A stretch of DNA of 64,000 nucleotides from an uncultured Fibrobacteria bacterium (GTDB taxonomy: Bacteria > Fibrobacterota > Fibrobacteria > UBA11236): contig OY970309.1 in NCBI GenBank assembly GCA_963716395.1, positions 2,528,001 through 2,592,000 on the forward strand, written 5' to 3'. The notes below the pieces were generated by a model. That model was not told the DNA's origin. It made no database searches and saw only the letters and a list, made by a program, of their open reading frames with translations. This document shows positions 40,626 through 49,832 of the stretch, in pieces. The translations under genes were made by a program, and so were the position numbers. Every line of letters begins with the position of its first letter. Position 1 is the first letter of the stretch.

Positions 40626-42410
40626 ATGTTCTCCCGAAGGATTGAAGTGAAGCGCTTGTGGTGGCTGCTGGCCCCGTTTTTGGGCGGCTGCGTCTACTTC
40701 AACACCTATTTCAACGCCAACAAGGCCTACGAACAGGCCTTGCGCATGCGCGAAGAACGCCTCGAGAAGAACCCGGAAGACACGGTGCTTTTGTCCAACG
40801 ACGAGAAACTGAAGCTTGAACGTTGCATCACCAAGTGCTCCAAGGTGCTCGAACTGTATCCCGACAAACTGAAATACGCCCCCAAGGCCTTGTTCTTGAT
40901 GGGGGAGAGCTATTTGCTGGAACAGGACTATTTGCACGCCGTGGAGAAATACGAGGAGTTGTTGCGCTATTATCCCAAGGCCGAGGAAGCGCCGCTGGCC
41001 GAAGTGCATCGCGCCAAAGCCGTGTATCTCGAAGGCCAGTCCCTCAAAGCCAAATCGCTGCTCAGCGACATCCTGGCCCGCAAACCTTCCGGAAAGGTGC
41101 GCCGCGAAGCCTTGTTGCTCAAGGCCCAGATGGCGATGAGCGACAGCTCCAGCGATTCCGCTTTGGTCGATTACGAAACGCTACTGGCCGAAGGCGGTTT
41201 GACCCGCGAAGAACGCGCCCAGGCGCATTGGGAAGCGGCGCGCATGGCCTTTGATTTGGGGCAATGGGAGCGGGCCCGCGGCCACGCCTTGGCCAAGGAG
41301 CGTTTCGCTCTGCCAACGCCCATGCTGTACCGCAATGAAAAACTGGCCCTGCAATGTCTGTATCACGAAAAACGTTTCCGCGAAGGCATCACCGAAGGCC
41401 AGGCCATGGAAAGGCGCAAACAGTTTTATAAGTACCGCCCGGAAATCCAATTGCTGATCGCCCAGGGTTATGCCGGAGAGGGGGATTGGGCCTCGGCCGA
41501 GCGCCTGTTCCGCGGCGTACCGCCCTTGTCTCCGCATTCGGCGCTGGCCGCCGAAGCGTTTTACCGCATCGGGGATCATTGGCTCAACGTTGCCCATCGC
41601 GAAGACTCGGCGCGCGTGTATTTCGATTCGGCTGCGGCCGCAGGCTCGGTCTACGAGTATGGGCGTCTGGCCGAGGAGAAATCCAAAGCGCTTTCGCGCC
41701 TGTCCGAATTGCGGACCATCCCGGCGGATTCCAGCGATCCGCAATCCCAGAACTTCATGATCTCCGAGCTCTTCCTGTTCGATTTGAACCAGGTCGACAG
41801 CGCGGTGTCACGCCTGACCCGCATCGTGCAAAGCCCGCGCTTCGATTCCACCTATACCATGCGCGCGGCCTATGCCCTGGCCTACATCGACGAAACGTAT
41901 TTGCGCGACACGGTGAAAAGCGATTCCATGTACCGCTATGTGTTGCAGCATTTCCCCCACACCGAATGGGCCAAGCAGTCCCAGAAGAACCTGGGCATGA
42001 CGCCCACCGTGGTCACCGCGGAAGACAGCGCGAAAACGCTTTTCCTGGCTGCGGAAAAACGGCGCTTCGACGGCGCCGACCTCGACAGCGTGGTGATTCC
42101 GGCCTACCGCCAGGTCGCCGAACTATTTCCGCAAACCCAGCATGCGGCCCAGGCTCTCTACGTCATCGCGAAGTTGAATGAAAAGCTGGCGGATCAACAG
42201 CCGCCGGTGCCGGGCAGCCTCGATTCGGCCAAGGCCGAGTATGCCGATTTGCGCAAGCACTATTCCAATACGCCGTACGGCGAAGTCGCGACGGAAAAAC
42301 TCGCCGCGGCCGGTGTGTACTCCCTGCCCAGCGCGTCGACTTCGGCCCCCGGCGCCGTAGCCGGACATGAGGAGCATGCCGTCAAACCCGAGGACGATGA
42401 TCTCTACTGA
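40626..42410 (+). CDS. Tetratricopeptide-repeat lipoprotein
   Basis: Lipobox LGGC followed by VYFNTYFNA; multiple TPR-like helices (ALFLMGESY, EAFYRIG, AAYALAYI, FP.T). Confidence 0.8.
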   Translation: MFSRRIEVKRLWWLLAPFLGGCVYFNTYFNANKAYEQALRMREERLEKNPEDTVLLSNDEKLKLERCITKCSKVLELYPDKLKYAPKALFLMGESYLLEQDYLHAVEKYEELLRYYPKAEEAPLAEVHRAKAVYLEGQSLKAKSLLSDILARKPSGKVRREALLLKAQMAMSDSSSDSALVDYETLLAEGGLTREERAQAHWEAARMAFDLGQWERARGHALAKERFALPTPMLYRNEKLALQCLYHEKRFREGITEGQAMERRKQFYKYRPEIQLLIAQGYAGEGDWASAERLFRGVPPLSPHSALAAEAFYRIGDHWLNVAHREDSARVYFDSAAAAGSVYEYGRLAEEKSKALSRLSELRTIPADSSDPQSQNFMISELFLFDLNQVDSAVSRLTRIVQSPRFDSTYTMRAAYALAYIDETYLRDTVKSDSMYRYVLQHFPHTEWAKQSQKNLGMTPTVVTAEDSAKTLFLAAEKRRFDGADLDSVVIPAYRQVAELFPQTQHAAQALYVIAKLNEKLADQQPPVPGSLDSAKAEYADLRKHYSNTPYGEVATEKLAAAGVYSLPSASTSAPGAVAGHEEHAVKPEDDDLY

Positions 42411-42813
42411 ACGCCTGCGCGGCGTTCAGCGCATCACCCGAAAGGCGTCGGTCGTGGCGATCGCCGGCGTCTTGTTCGCCTGCGCGGCGCCCCACCCGGT
42501 GAATTCCGATCGCGCCGGAACCGATGTGGAAACGGGAAGGATTTCCTATTACGCCCTCGATTTTCAGGGGCGTCGTACGGCCAGTGGCGAGCGCTTCGAC
42601 GTACATGCGTTTACCGCCGCCCATCGCTCCTTCCCCTTCGGCACGCGGTTGCGCGTCACCAATCTGGCAAACGGACGCAGCGTGGTGGTGCGGGTGAACG
42701 ATCGCGGGCCGTGGAAATCCGGCCGTATCCTGGATGTTTCCCCGGCCGCGGCGCGCAAGCTGGGTTTTCTGGGACGCGGCACGGTGCGCGCCCGCATCGT
42801 CGTGCTGCGTTGA
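42397..42813 (+). CDS. rlpA: RlpA-like (DPBB) lipoprotein, septal lytic transglycosylase family
   Basis: Lipobox LFAC; TASGERFD..FTAAHR..PFGT..VTN..NG..V.VRVNDRGP...ILDVS. Confidence 0.9.
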   Translation: MISTERLRGVQRITRKASVVAIAGVLFACAAPHPVNSDRAGTDVETGRISYYALDFQGRRTASGERFDVHAFTAAHRSFPFGTRLRVTNLANGRSVVVRVNDRGPWKSGRILDVSPAAARKLGFLGRGTVRARIVVLR

Positions 42814-42823
42814 ACCTTGGGAT

Positions 42824-44026
42824 TCAAGCCGGCGGTTTGCGGGGAAGCGCCGACACCGCAGGCAGCGGCAGCCGGCGCGGCAGGCGCTGGCCTTTCCAGG
42901 TAAAGCTCCCGCGGCTGCCGGCGACCACGGCCGCCAGAATGACGGGCACATGCAACAAGGCGGTGAGGGGGAAAAACCGCAGCAGCCGCCTCAGTTCGAA
43001 ATCGCGCAGCCCTTGCCGCATCACCGCATAATCGGCCAGCGTTTTTACGCTGAATCCCGCCACCGCCACCCAGGCGAAGCGCGCGTCGTGCAAGCCTGCC
43101 AAAAGCAGAATCGGGACCGCGGCATAGAACAAAAAAATCGCGGCGAGAAAGGCGGCTTGCCGGGGACGGTATAATCCGCATTTGCTGGCCCAGCGCTTGC
43201 GCTGTTCCCAGAAATGTTGCCACGATTCCGGCGGCGCCGTGCGCACGCGCGCTTCCGGGGCCGTGCAAAAACGAATGCGCCAGCGGCCGGTGGCGTGGAT
43301 TTCTTGCAACACGAAATCATCGTCTCCGCTGACCACGCGGCCGTGTTTGCCGAAGGCGGCGGCTGCGTCAAAGGCCTGGCGGCGGTAGGCCAGATTGTTG
43401 GCGTTGGCATGTACGGGAAAACCCAATCCCACCAGGGCCGCCGACACCACGCCGTAGGAAATGAACTCCAGGGCCTGGGTGCCGCGGCCCCAATCGAATC
43501 CGGTCGCCGGCTCTTCATAACACGTGAGCCCCAGCACCATGCCGACCGAAGGGGAGAACTCGCGGCTCAAACCGGAAAGCCAATGCGGGCCCATGCGGCA
43601 ATCGGCGTCGGTGGTGGCGATCCAGGTGCCGCGCGCCAATTCCAGCCCCAGGAGTAAGGCGTTTTTTTTGGGACTGATCCCCGCGGCGGTTTGCGTCACG
43701 TGCGTCGTTTCGAGGCGGCCCGGAAATCGCCGCGCGTAATCGGCCAACACCGCGGACGTGCCATCTTGGGAGCGGTCATCGACGATCACAATTTGCAGGC
43801 GGTCCTGGGGATATTCCTGCCCCAACAGGGCGTCGAGCAATCCGGGCAAATTGGATTCTTCGTTGCGCGCCGCGACCAGCACCGTAACCGATTCGGGCGG
43901 CGGCTTTTCCGCGGACGCACTTTCCCGGGAGCGCAGCCGCCGCAGTCCGCGTTGCAACCATAAGTCAAGCAAGGCGTAACCCGCACAGGCGGCGACGAAG
44001 ATCGATGCCGGAATCCAGAAGGTCAT
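42824..44026 (-). CDS. Glycosyltransferase family 2 (membrane-bound)
   Basis: VAARNEE, VDDRSQDGT, KKNAL, TTDADC, SGDD, QRKRW; C-terminal TMs. Confidence 0.9.
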   Translation of the reverse strand: MTFWIPASIFVAACAGYALLDLWLQRGLRRLRSRESASAEKPPPESVTVLVAARNEESNLPGLLDALLGQEYPQDRLQIVIVDDRSQDGTSAVLADYARRFPGRLETTHVTQTAAGISPKKNALLLGLELARGTWIATTDADCRMGPHWLSGLSREFSPSVGMVLGLTCYEEPATGFDWGRGTQALEFISYGVVSAALVGLGFPVHANANNLAYRRQAFDAAAAFGKHGRVVSGDDDFVLQEIHATGRWRIRFCTAPEARVRTAPPESWQHFWEQRKRWASKCGLYRPRQAAFLAAIFLFYAAVPILLLAGLHDARFAWVAVAGFSVKTLADYAVMRQGLRDFELRRLLRFFPLTALLHVPVILAAVVAGSRGSFTWKGQRLPRRLPLPAVSALPRKPPA

Positions 44027-44128
44027 GGCTGCTTTAATATACCGTGCACAGACGATGTCCAGGGAATGGAGTCGTTGCCGCCTTCGTTTTGACGGCGCCG
44101 CCTGTGGCTGTTTAGCTTTGGTCGCGTC

Positions 44129-44695
44129 TTGAATCTTCCGGTCTATTCCATATTGAGCGGCCCGGTGCACCAGGTTTTGGAAGCCGAGGCCTCCGCATCC
44201 CAAGAGCTCGTTGACGCCGGCGGCGTGGGACAGGTCACCGCGCGGGTAGATTCCACGCCTTTGGCCGGCGAGGCCGTACTGGTTCGGGGAGTGGCCCAGG
44301 GCCGGCTGGCCGGGGACTGCGGGCGCTGTCTGGAAAATCTGGAACAGCCATTTGAGGTTCGCTTTAACCTATTGCTGGAAAAGAGAACAGCTTCGGGACT
44401 GGAATGGGGCGAAGAGGCCGAAGACGCCGGTGTGGAAGACTATCGGGCGCTTCTGGGGCCGGATGTTACGGATATTTCACTTGATCACATGATTGCGGAA
44501 CAGGTGTTGCTGAATTATAATTTGCACCCTCTTCCGGCTCTGGATGCGCAACAACGCTGCGTGCAATGTGGCAAGTTGGCGCCTGGCGCCGTGGAGACCC
44601 GGAAAGCGGACAGGGTCGATCCCCGCTGGAGCAGGCTGAAATCCTTGCGGGATTCCGGCGGAGAAACCGGCCTGCGCCCCCCGGAAGCGTCTTAA
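44129..44695 (+). CDS. yceD: YceD/DUF177 family protein
   Basis: CGRCLE, C..CG, DPRW..LK; upstream of rpmF. Confidence 0.85.
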   Translation: MNLPVYSILSGPVHQVLEAEASASQELVDAGGVGQVTARVDSTPLAGEAVLVRGVAQGRLAGDCGRCLENLEQPFEVRFNLLLEKRTASGLEWGEEAEDAGVEDYRALLGPDVTDISLDHMIAEQVLLNYNLHPLPALDAQQRCVQCGKLAPGAVETRKADRVDPRWSRLKSLRDSGGETGLRPPEAS

Positions 44696-44725
44696 AGTCT
44701 TTTTACCAGGAGCGGGGAGAATCAC

Positions 44726-44905
44726 ATGGCAGTTCCAAAGCGAAAAACTTCGACGGCACGCCGCGACAAACGGAAAACGCATTGGAAGTTGACCGCTCCG
44801 GCCGTCACCAAATGCGCCCATTGCGGCCAGGTGAAAATGGCCCATCGCGTTTGCGGTAATTGCGGGTTCTACGGCAACGTCGAAGTGCGCCAGCCCGCGG
44901 AGTAA
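44726..44905 (+). CDS. rpmF: 50S ribosomal protein L32 (absent from the ORF track, 59 aa)
   Basis: Translated by eye: MAVPKRKTSTARRDKRKTHWKLTAPAVTKCAHCGQVKMAHRVCGNCGFYGNVEVRQPAE; GGAG RBS. Confidence 0.95.
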   Translation: MAVPKRKTSTARRDKRKTHWKLTAPAVTKCAHCGQVKMAHRVCGNCGFYGNVEVRQPAE

Positions 44906-44921
44906 CCTCTCACATTTCGTT

Positions 44922-45884
44922 ATGATTCGAATCGCATTAGACGCGATGGGGGGGGATTACGCCCCCGATGCCGTGGTGCAAGGCGCGATATTGGCCGCTC
45001 GGGAGGCCGATGGCCGTTTCGGCATTGTATTGGCTGGACCGCAAGAGTCGCTCAACCCCCTGCTCGCAAAGTACGACGCCCAAGCGTTGAATATCGAGGT
45101 GTTCCACGCCCCGGACCTCGTGGGCATGGACGATTCGCCCACATCGGTGCTGAAGAACAAACCCAATTCGGGGCTGGTGGCCTGCGTGCAATTGCAAAAG
45201 GCCGGAAAAGTGCAGGCCAGCATTTCGGCCGGCAATTCCGGCGCCATGATGGCCGCCTGCCTCATGATTCTGGGGCGCGTGGGGCAAATTTCCCGGCCGG
45301 CCATCGCTTGCCTCATGCCGGCATGGGAGAAGAAAACCCTGGTGCTCGATTGCGGCGCCAACGTCGACGAAAAGCCGTCGACTTTGGTGCATTTCGGCAT
45401 TTGCGGATCGGTGTATGCCGAGGAAGTTCTGGGTCGCAAAAATCCCAAGGTCGGATTGCTCAACATGGGCGAAGAGGAGAAAAAAGGACCCGAGACCTTG
45501 CAGGAGGCGCATCAATTGCTGAAGGCCGCGCCCCTGAACTTCATCGGCAATGTCGAAGGCCGCGATCTGTTGAAGGGCGATGTCGATGTGGTGGTCACGC
45601 CCGGATATACCGGCAACGTCGTGCTTAAATTGATGGAAGGCTTTTACGAATACCACGTCAAATTGTTCGGCGATGCCGACTCGCCGGCCGGCCGCCAATT
45701 TCTGCATGATTGGGATTATTCCAATTTTGGCGCCGCTCTCTTGCTGGGCTTGAACGGAACCGGCCTTATCACTCATGGACGCGCCGACGCCAAGGCCATC
45801 AAGAACGGGTTGGAAGCGGCGTACCGACAGGTCGAATCCGGTATCGTCGAGAAAATTGCAGCCCAACTCGCCCGGGTGGCCTGA
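44922..45884 (+). CDS. plsX: Phosphate acyltransferase PlsX
   Basis: IALDAMGGDYAP, SAGNSGA, LDCGAN, LLNMGEEEKKG, FIGNVEG, GYTGNVVLK. Confidence 0.95.
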   Translation: MIRIALDAMGGDYAPDAVVQGAILAAREADGRFGIVLAGPQESLNPLLAKYDAQALNIEVFHAPDLVGMDDSPTSVLKNKPNSGLVACVQLQKAGKVQASISAGNSGAMMAACLMILGRVGQISRPAIACLMPAWEKKTLVLDCGANVDEKPSTLVHFGICGSVYAEEVLGRKNPKVGLLNMGEEEKKGPETLQEAHQLLKAAPLNFIGNVEGRDLLKGDVDVVVTPGYTGNVVLKLMEGFYEYHVKLFGDADSPAGRQFLHDWDYSNFGAALLLGLNGTGLITHGRADAKAIKNGLEAAYRQVESGIVEKIAAQLARVA

Positions 45885-45889
45885 GCGGC

Positions 45890-46840
45890 ATGGGGGCGAT
45901 TGTCCAGGGCCTGGGGATCTTCGTTCCCGATCGCATTCTGACCAACGCTGAGCTCGAGCGCATGGTCGACACCTCGGATGCGTGGATTACGTCGCGCACC
46001 GGCATTCGCGAGCGGCGCATCCTTCCCGCAGAAAGTTCCTGGCTCGCTTCGGACCTCGGGGCCGCCGCCGCTCTCCAGGCTTTGCAGCGCGCGGGATTGC
46101 CGCCCGAAGCGGTGCAGGGCATCATCGTGGGCGCCGTGTCTCCCGACAAACAATTTCCGGCCACGGCCTGCTTCATCCAGGAGAAAATCGGGGCCAAGAA
46201 CGCCTTCGCCTTCGACCTCACCGCCGCCTGCGCGGGCTTCGTCTACGGCGTGAATCTGGCGGCGCATTTCATCGAAGCCGGCCAATGCGAGCATGTGCTG
46301 GTCATCGGCGCCGAACTGCTGTCGCGCGTGGTGGATTGGAGCGATCGCAACACCTGCATCCTGTTCGGCGATGCCGGCGGCGCAGCCGTGCTCGGCCGCG
46401 GACCCAAGGACCGCGGCGTGCTGCGATCGCTTTTGCGCAGCGACGGGGCTCATGCCGACATTCTCTATCTCGACCAGGCCGGCGAACCCGGTCATGCCAT
46501 GCGCATGGACGGCAAGCAGGTCTTCAAGTTGGCCGTTTCCGCCGTTTCGGCCGTGGTGCGCGACACGTTGGCAGCGGAAGGTTTGCGCCCGGCCGATCTC
46601 GATTTGCTGGTGCTGCACCAGGCCAATGTCCGCATTCTCAACGCCATTGCCGAAAAGCTGGAGTTGCCCGCGGAAAAAATGATCGTGAACGTCGATCGCT
46701 ACGGCAACACCTCTTCGGCGTCGGTGCCCTTGGCCTTATATGAGGCCGAACAGACCGGAAGGCTCAAGCCGGGAATGCTGGTGGCCCTGGCCGCGGTGGG
46801 CGGCGGCATGAGCTGGGGCTGTAACCTGGTGCGTTGGTAA
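45890..46840 (+). CDS. fabH: Beta-ketoacyl-ACP synthase III
   Basis: DTSDAWITSRTGIRERR, AACAGF, DRNTCILFGD, HQAN.RI, GNTSSAS. Confidence 0.95.
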   Translation: MGAIVQGLGIFVPDRILTNAELERMVDTSDAWITSRTGIRERRILPAESSWLASDLGAAAALQALQRAGLPPEAVQGIIVGAVSPDKQFPATACFIQEKIGAKNAFAFDLTAACAGFVYGVNLAAHFIEAGQCEHVLVIGAELLSRVVDWSDRNTCILFGDAGGAAVLGRGPKDRGVLRSLLRSDGAHADILYLDQAGEPGHAMRMDGKQVFKLAVSAVSAVVRDTLAAEGLRPADLDLLVLHQANVRILNAIAEKLELPAEKMIVNVDRYGNTSSASVPLALYEAEQTGRLKPGMLVALAAVGGGMSWGCNLVRW

Positions 46841-46908
46841 GGGTCCGTTAAGAAATAACTGCGTTACAGCGAGGGCGAATGTAGCGGTTATTGCTTAACG
46901 GACCCTTA
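46838..46908. repeat. 71-nt long inverted repeat (REP/MITE-like hairpin) between fabH and fabD
   Basis: TAAGGGTCCGTTAAG (46838-46852) is the exact reverse complement of CTTAACGGACCCTTA (46894-46908); pairing continues AATAAC/GTTATT. Confidence 0.8.
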
Positions 46909-46950
46909 GTGCGGGGTAGAAATCAATTTGCATTTTGAATTGAAGCAGAC

Positions 46951-47868
46951 ATGACCCATCGAATTCTTCTTTTCCCCGGCCAAGGCTCGCAATATCCGGG
47001 CATGGGCAAAAAACTTTCCGAAAGCCACGTGGGTGCCAAGTGCCTGCTTGACCAGGCTTGCGAGGTATTGGGTTTTGATTTGGCGGATTGCATGTGGAAT
47101 GGCCCCGAGGCTGGGTTGAACGCCACGGAAAACACGCAGCCGGCGCTGTTCACGGTTTCGATGATGACCATGGAATGGCTGCGGGAACGCGGCACGACAT
47201 TTGACTTTGCCGCCGGACATTCGTTGGGTGAATACTCCGCGTTGTGTGCGGCCGGCGTCTTTTCCTTCGCCGACGGCTTGCGCCTGGTCCGTTTGCGGGG
47301 CGAAGGCATGGCCCGCGCCGGCCGCGCGCGCCCCGGCGCCATGGCGGCCGTACTAGGCCTCGAACGCGAGAAGCTGGAAGCGGCGTTGCAGGCGGCTGCG
47401 ACGGACGGCATCGTAACCGCGGCGAATTTCAACAGCCCGACCCAGATCGTGATCTCGGGCGAAAGCGCCGCGGTCGCAGCGGCCGAAACGCGGTGCGTCG
47501 AGGCGGGCGCCAAGAAGGTGGTGCGGTTGCCGGTGAGCGGGGCTTTTCACTCGCCGCTGATGCAATCGGCCGCCGATGAATTGGGCCGCGGACTCGCTGC
47601 GGTGCGATTTGCCGCGCCGCGCGTTCCCATTCTCACCAATGTGGACGCCCGCGAAGAAAGCGACCCCGAACGCTTGAAAGCCGGGTTGCTGCGGCAGCTC
47701 ACCGCGCCCGTGCGTTGGGTCGAAGCGATGCAGCGCGCCGAGGCATTGGGCGTGGACGAAGGCTGGGAAGTCGGGGCGGGCAAGGTGCTGACGGGGCTGA
47801 TGCGCGGCATCACCCGTACCATTAAGGTGACCCCGGTCGAGAACCCCGAAGACGGGGCGGCGGCGTAG
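46951..47868 (+). CDS. fabD: Malonyl-CoA:ACP transacylase
   Basis: FPGQGSQ, TQPAL, GHSLGEY, ANFNS, VSGAFHS, PVRW. Confidence 0.95.
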   Translation: MTHRILLFPGQGSQYPGMGKKLSESHVGAKCLLDQACEVLGFDLADCMWNGPEAGLNATENTQPALFTVSMMTMEWLRERGTTFDFAAGHSLGEYSALCAAGVFSFADGLRLVRLRGEGMARAGRARPGAMAAVLGLEREKLEAALQAAATDGIVTAANFNSPTQIVISGESAAVAAAETRCVEAGAKKVVRLPVSGAFHSPLMQSAADELGRGLAAVRFAAPRVPILTNVDAREESDPERLKAGLLRQLTAPVRWVEAMQRAEALGVDEGWEVGAGKVLTGLMRGITRTIKVTPVENPEDGAAA

Positions 47869-47892
47869 GCCGCGAAACGGCGGGAGGTTGCG

Positions 47893-48639
47893 ATGATCGA
47901 TCTCAAAGGACAAACAGCCCTGGTGACGGGCGCCAGCCGCGGATTGGGATTCGCCATTGCCCAACGCCTGGCGCGCCAAGGCGCGACCGTGCATGTGGTG
48001 GCCCGCAGCTTCGAGGCCGTGCAGGCCGCCGCGCACAACCTGGCCGCCGAAACCGGGGCTTCGGTGCATGCCCATGCGGCCGATCTGGGCGATTCCGCCG
48101 CCACGCAGTCCCTGTTCGAAACCGTGCTGCGGCTCAGCCCGTCGCTGGAAATCCTGGTCAACAATGCCGGCATCACGCGCGACGGATTGCTGCTGCGCAT
48201 GAAAGACGAAGACTTCGATGAAGTGCTGCGCACCAATCTGCGTTCGGTGTTTCTCTGTACCCGGGCGGCGCTGAAGACCATGATCCGCCAGAAATACGGA
48301 CGCGTGGTGAACCTCTCCTCCATCGTGGGCGTACACGGCCAGGCCGGCCAGGCCAATTACGCCGCCTCGAAGGCCGGCATCATCGGCTTCACCAAAAGCG
48401 TTGCCAAAGAGGTGGCCTCGCGCAACATTACCTGCAATGCGGTGGCCCCGGGTTTCATCGACTCCGACATGACGCGCGCCTTGAATGCAACCCAGCAGGC
48501 CGGTATTCTGGCCTCGATTCCCCAGGGACGCATGGGCAGGCCCGAGGAGGTCGCCGATGTGGCCGCTTTTCTCGCGGCGCGGGAGTCGGGATATATCACC
48601 GGACAGGTGCTCGGTATTGACGGAGGTTTGGGGATTTAA
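47893..48639 (+). CDS. fabG: 3-oxoacyl-ACP reductase
   Basis: TGASRGLG, NNAGITRD, NYAASKAG, APGFI. Confidence 0.95.
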   Translation: MIDLKGQTALVTGASRGLGFAIAQRLARQGATVHVVARSFEAVQAAAHNLAAETGASVHAHAADLGDSAATQSLFETVLRLSPSLEILVNNAGITRDGLLLRMKDEDFDEVLRTNLRSVFLCTRAALKTMIRQKYGRVVNLSSIVGVHGQAGQANYAASKAGIIGFTKSVAKEVASRNITCNAVAPGFIDSDMTRALNATQQAGILASIPQGRMGRPEEVADVAAFLAARESGYITGQVLGIDGGLGI

Positions 48640-48723
48640 GACATCCTGGCAACAATTCGATGGATGCACGTTTCGGGGTTTTGTCGCCACCCGCCGATTT
48701 TGAAGGAGAGACGGGTTTCGGTT

Positions 48724-48732
48724 TGTTATATT
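48724..48732 (+). promoter_or_regulatory. Putative extended -10 element upstream of acpP
   Basis: TGtTATATT about 40 nt upstream of the acpP ATG. Confidence 0.4.
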
Positions 48733-48772
48733 AACCCAACATTTTTGCGACGCCCCTTCGAAGGAGACTGGA

Positions 48773-49009
48773 ATGTCGGACGAAATCATGCAGAAAATCA
48801 CCAAGGTGATTGTCGAGAAGCTCGGCGTGACCGAAGATCAGGTTAAACCCGGTGCCGCTTTTGTCGAAGACCTCGGCGCCGATTCCCTCGATCAGGTGGA
48901 ATTGGTCATGGCCTTGGAAGACGAATTCGACATCGAAATTCCCGACGAAGACGCCGAAAAACTCAAAAAGGTGAGCGATGTCATCACCTATGTGACGTCC
49001 AAAGCCTGA
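48773..49009 (+). CDS. acpP: Acyl carrier protein
   Basis: [30 protein letters not shown]. Confidence 0.97.
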   Translation: MSDEIMQKITKVIVEKLGVTEDQVKPGAAFVEDLGADSLDQVELVMALEDEFDIEIPDEDAEKLKKVSDVITYVTSKA

Positions 49010-49037
49010 TTTCCCTTGTCTCCCATTTTCCGGAAAG

Positions 49038-49070
49038 AAGGCACTACGATCCCTCGGTAGTGCCTTTATC
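49038..49070 (+). terminator. Stem-loop after acpP (terminator-like or processing site)
   Basis: AAGGCACTAC-N9-GTAGTGCCTT followed by TATC; weak U-tract. Confidence 0.55.
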
Positions 49071-49079
49071 ATATTCAGG

Positions 49080-49832
49080 ATGGTACTTGGACTGATTCGG
49101 CGCCTGTTCTGGCGCCGCCCCGGCGCCGCGCGGCTCGCCGAATTGGAGCGGGTGCTGGAATATCGCTTTCGCGATCCCGGGCATCTGCGCATGGCGCTGT
49201 CGCATCGCTCCTATGTCAACACGTTGAATCCGCGTCCGCCTTCCAACGAAAGGTTGGAATTTCTCGGCGACGCGATTTTAAACGCCGTCGTCACCGATTA
49301 TCTCTTCCACCACAATCCCGATTCCGAAGAGGGCCGGCTTTCGCAGATGAAGTCGTTGGTGGTGAGCGCCAAGGTGTTGGAGTTGTGCGCGATCGAATGG
49401 AATTTGGGGAAATACATTCTCCTGAGCAAGGCCGAGGAGAAAAGCGGCGGGCGCAATCGGCAAAGCATTTTGGCCGATTCCTTTGAAGCCGTGCTCGGCG
49501 CCGTGTTCCTCGACGGCGGCTACCCCGCGGTGACGCAGTTGGTGCATTCCACTTTGGTGCCGATGATGGACGACGTGCTGGCCGACGCCGACTTCGCCAA
49601 TTACAAGAGCCTGCTGCTCGAATTCACCCAAGGGCGCGGGTACGGCATACCCGCCTATGAAGTGGTGCGGGCCTCCGGTCCCGAGCATCGCAAGGCCTTC
49701 GTGGTGGCCGTGAAGGTGCAGGGGCGCGAATGGGGACGCGGCGAAGGCGCCTCAAAAAAATCGGCGGAGCAGGCCGGTGCGCGCATGGCTCTGGCCGCCT
49801 TGTCGCCGGACCGGGAAATCGAAGAGGCATGA
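49080..49832 (+). CDS. rnc: Ribonuclease III
   Basis: NERLEFLGDA, LADSFEAVLGAVFLD, dsRBD NYKS.L.E..Q...G.G.SKK.AEQ. Confidence 0.96.
   Translation: MVLGLIRRLFWRRPGAARLAELERVLEYRFRDPGHLRMALSHRSYVNTLNPRPPSNERLEFLGDAILNAVVTDYLFHHNPDSEEGRLSQMKSLVVSAKVLELCAIEWNLGKYILLSKAEEKSGGRNRQSILADSFEAVLGAVFLDGGYPAVTQLVHSTLVPMMDDVLADADFANYKSLLLEFTQGRGYGIPAYEVVRASGPEHRKAFVVAVKVQGREWGRGEGASKKSAEQAGARMALAALSPDREIEEA

Noticed and set aside
46838-46908. Integron attC site or CRISPR repeat
   Set aside because: Lacks RYYYAAC/GTTRRRY ends, single copy in the window, no integrase or cas genes
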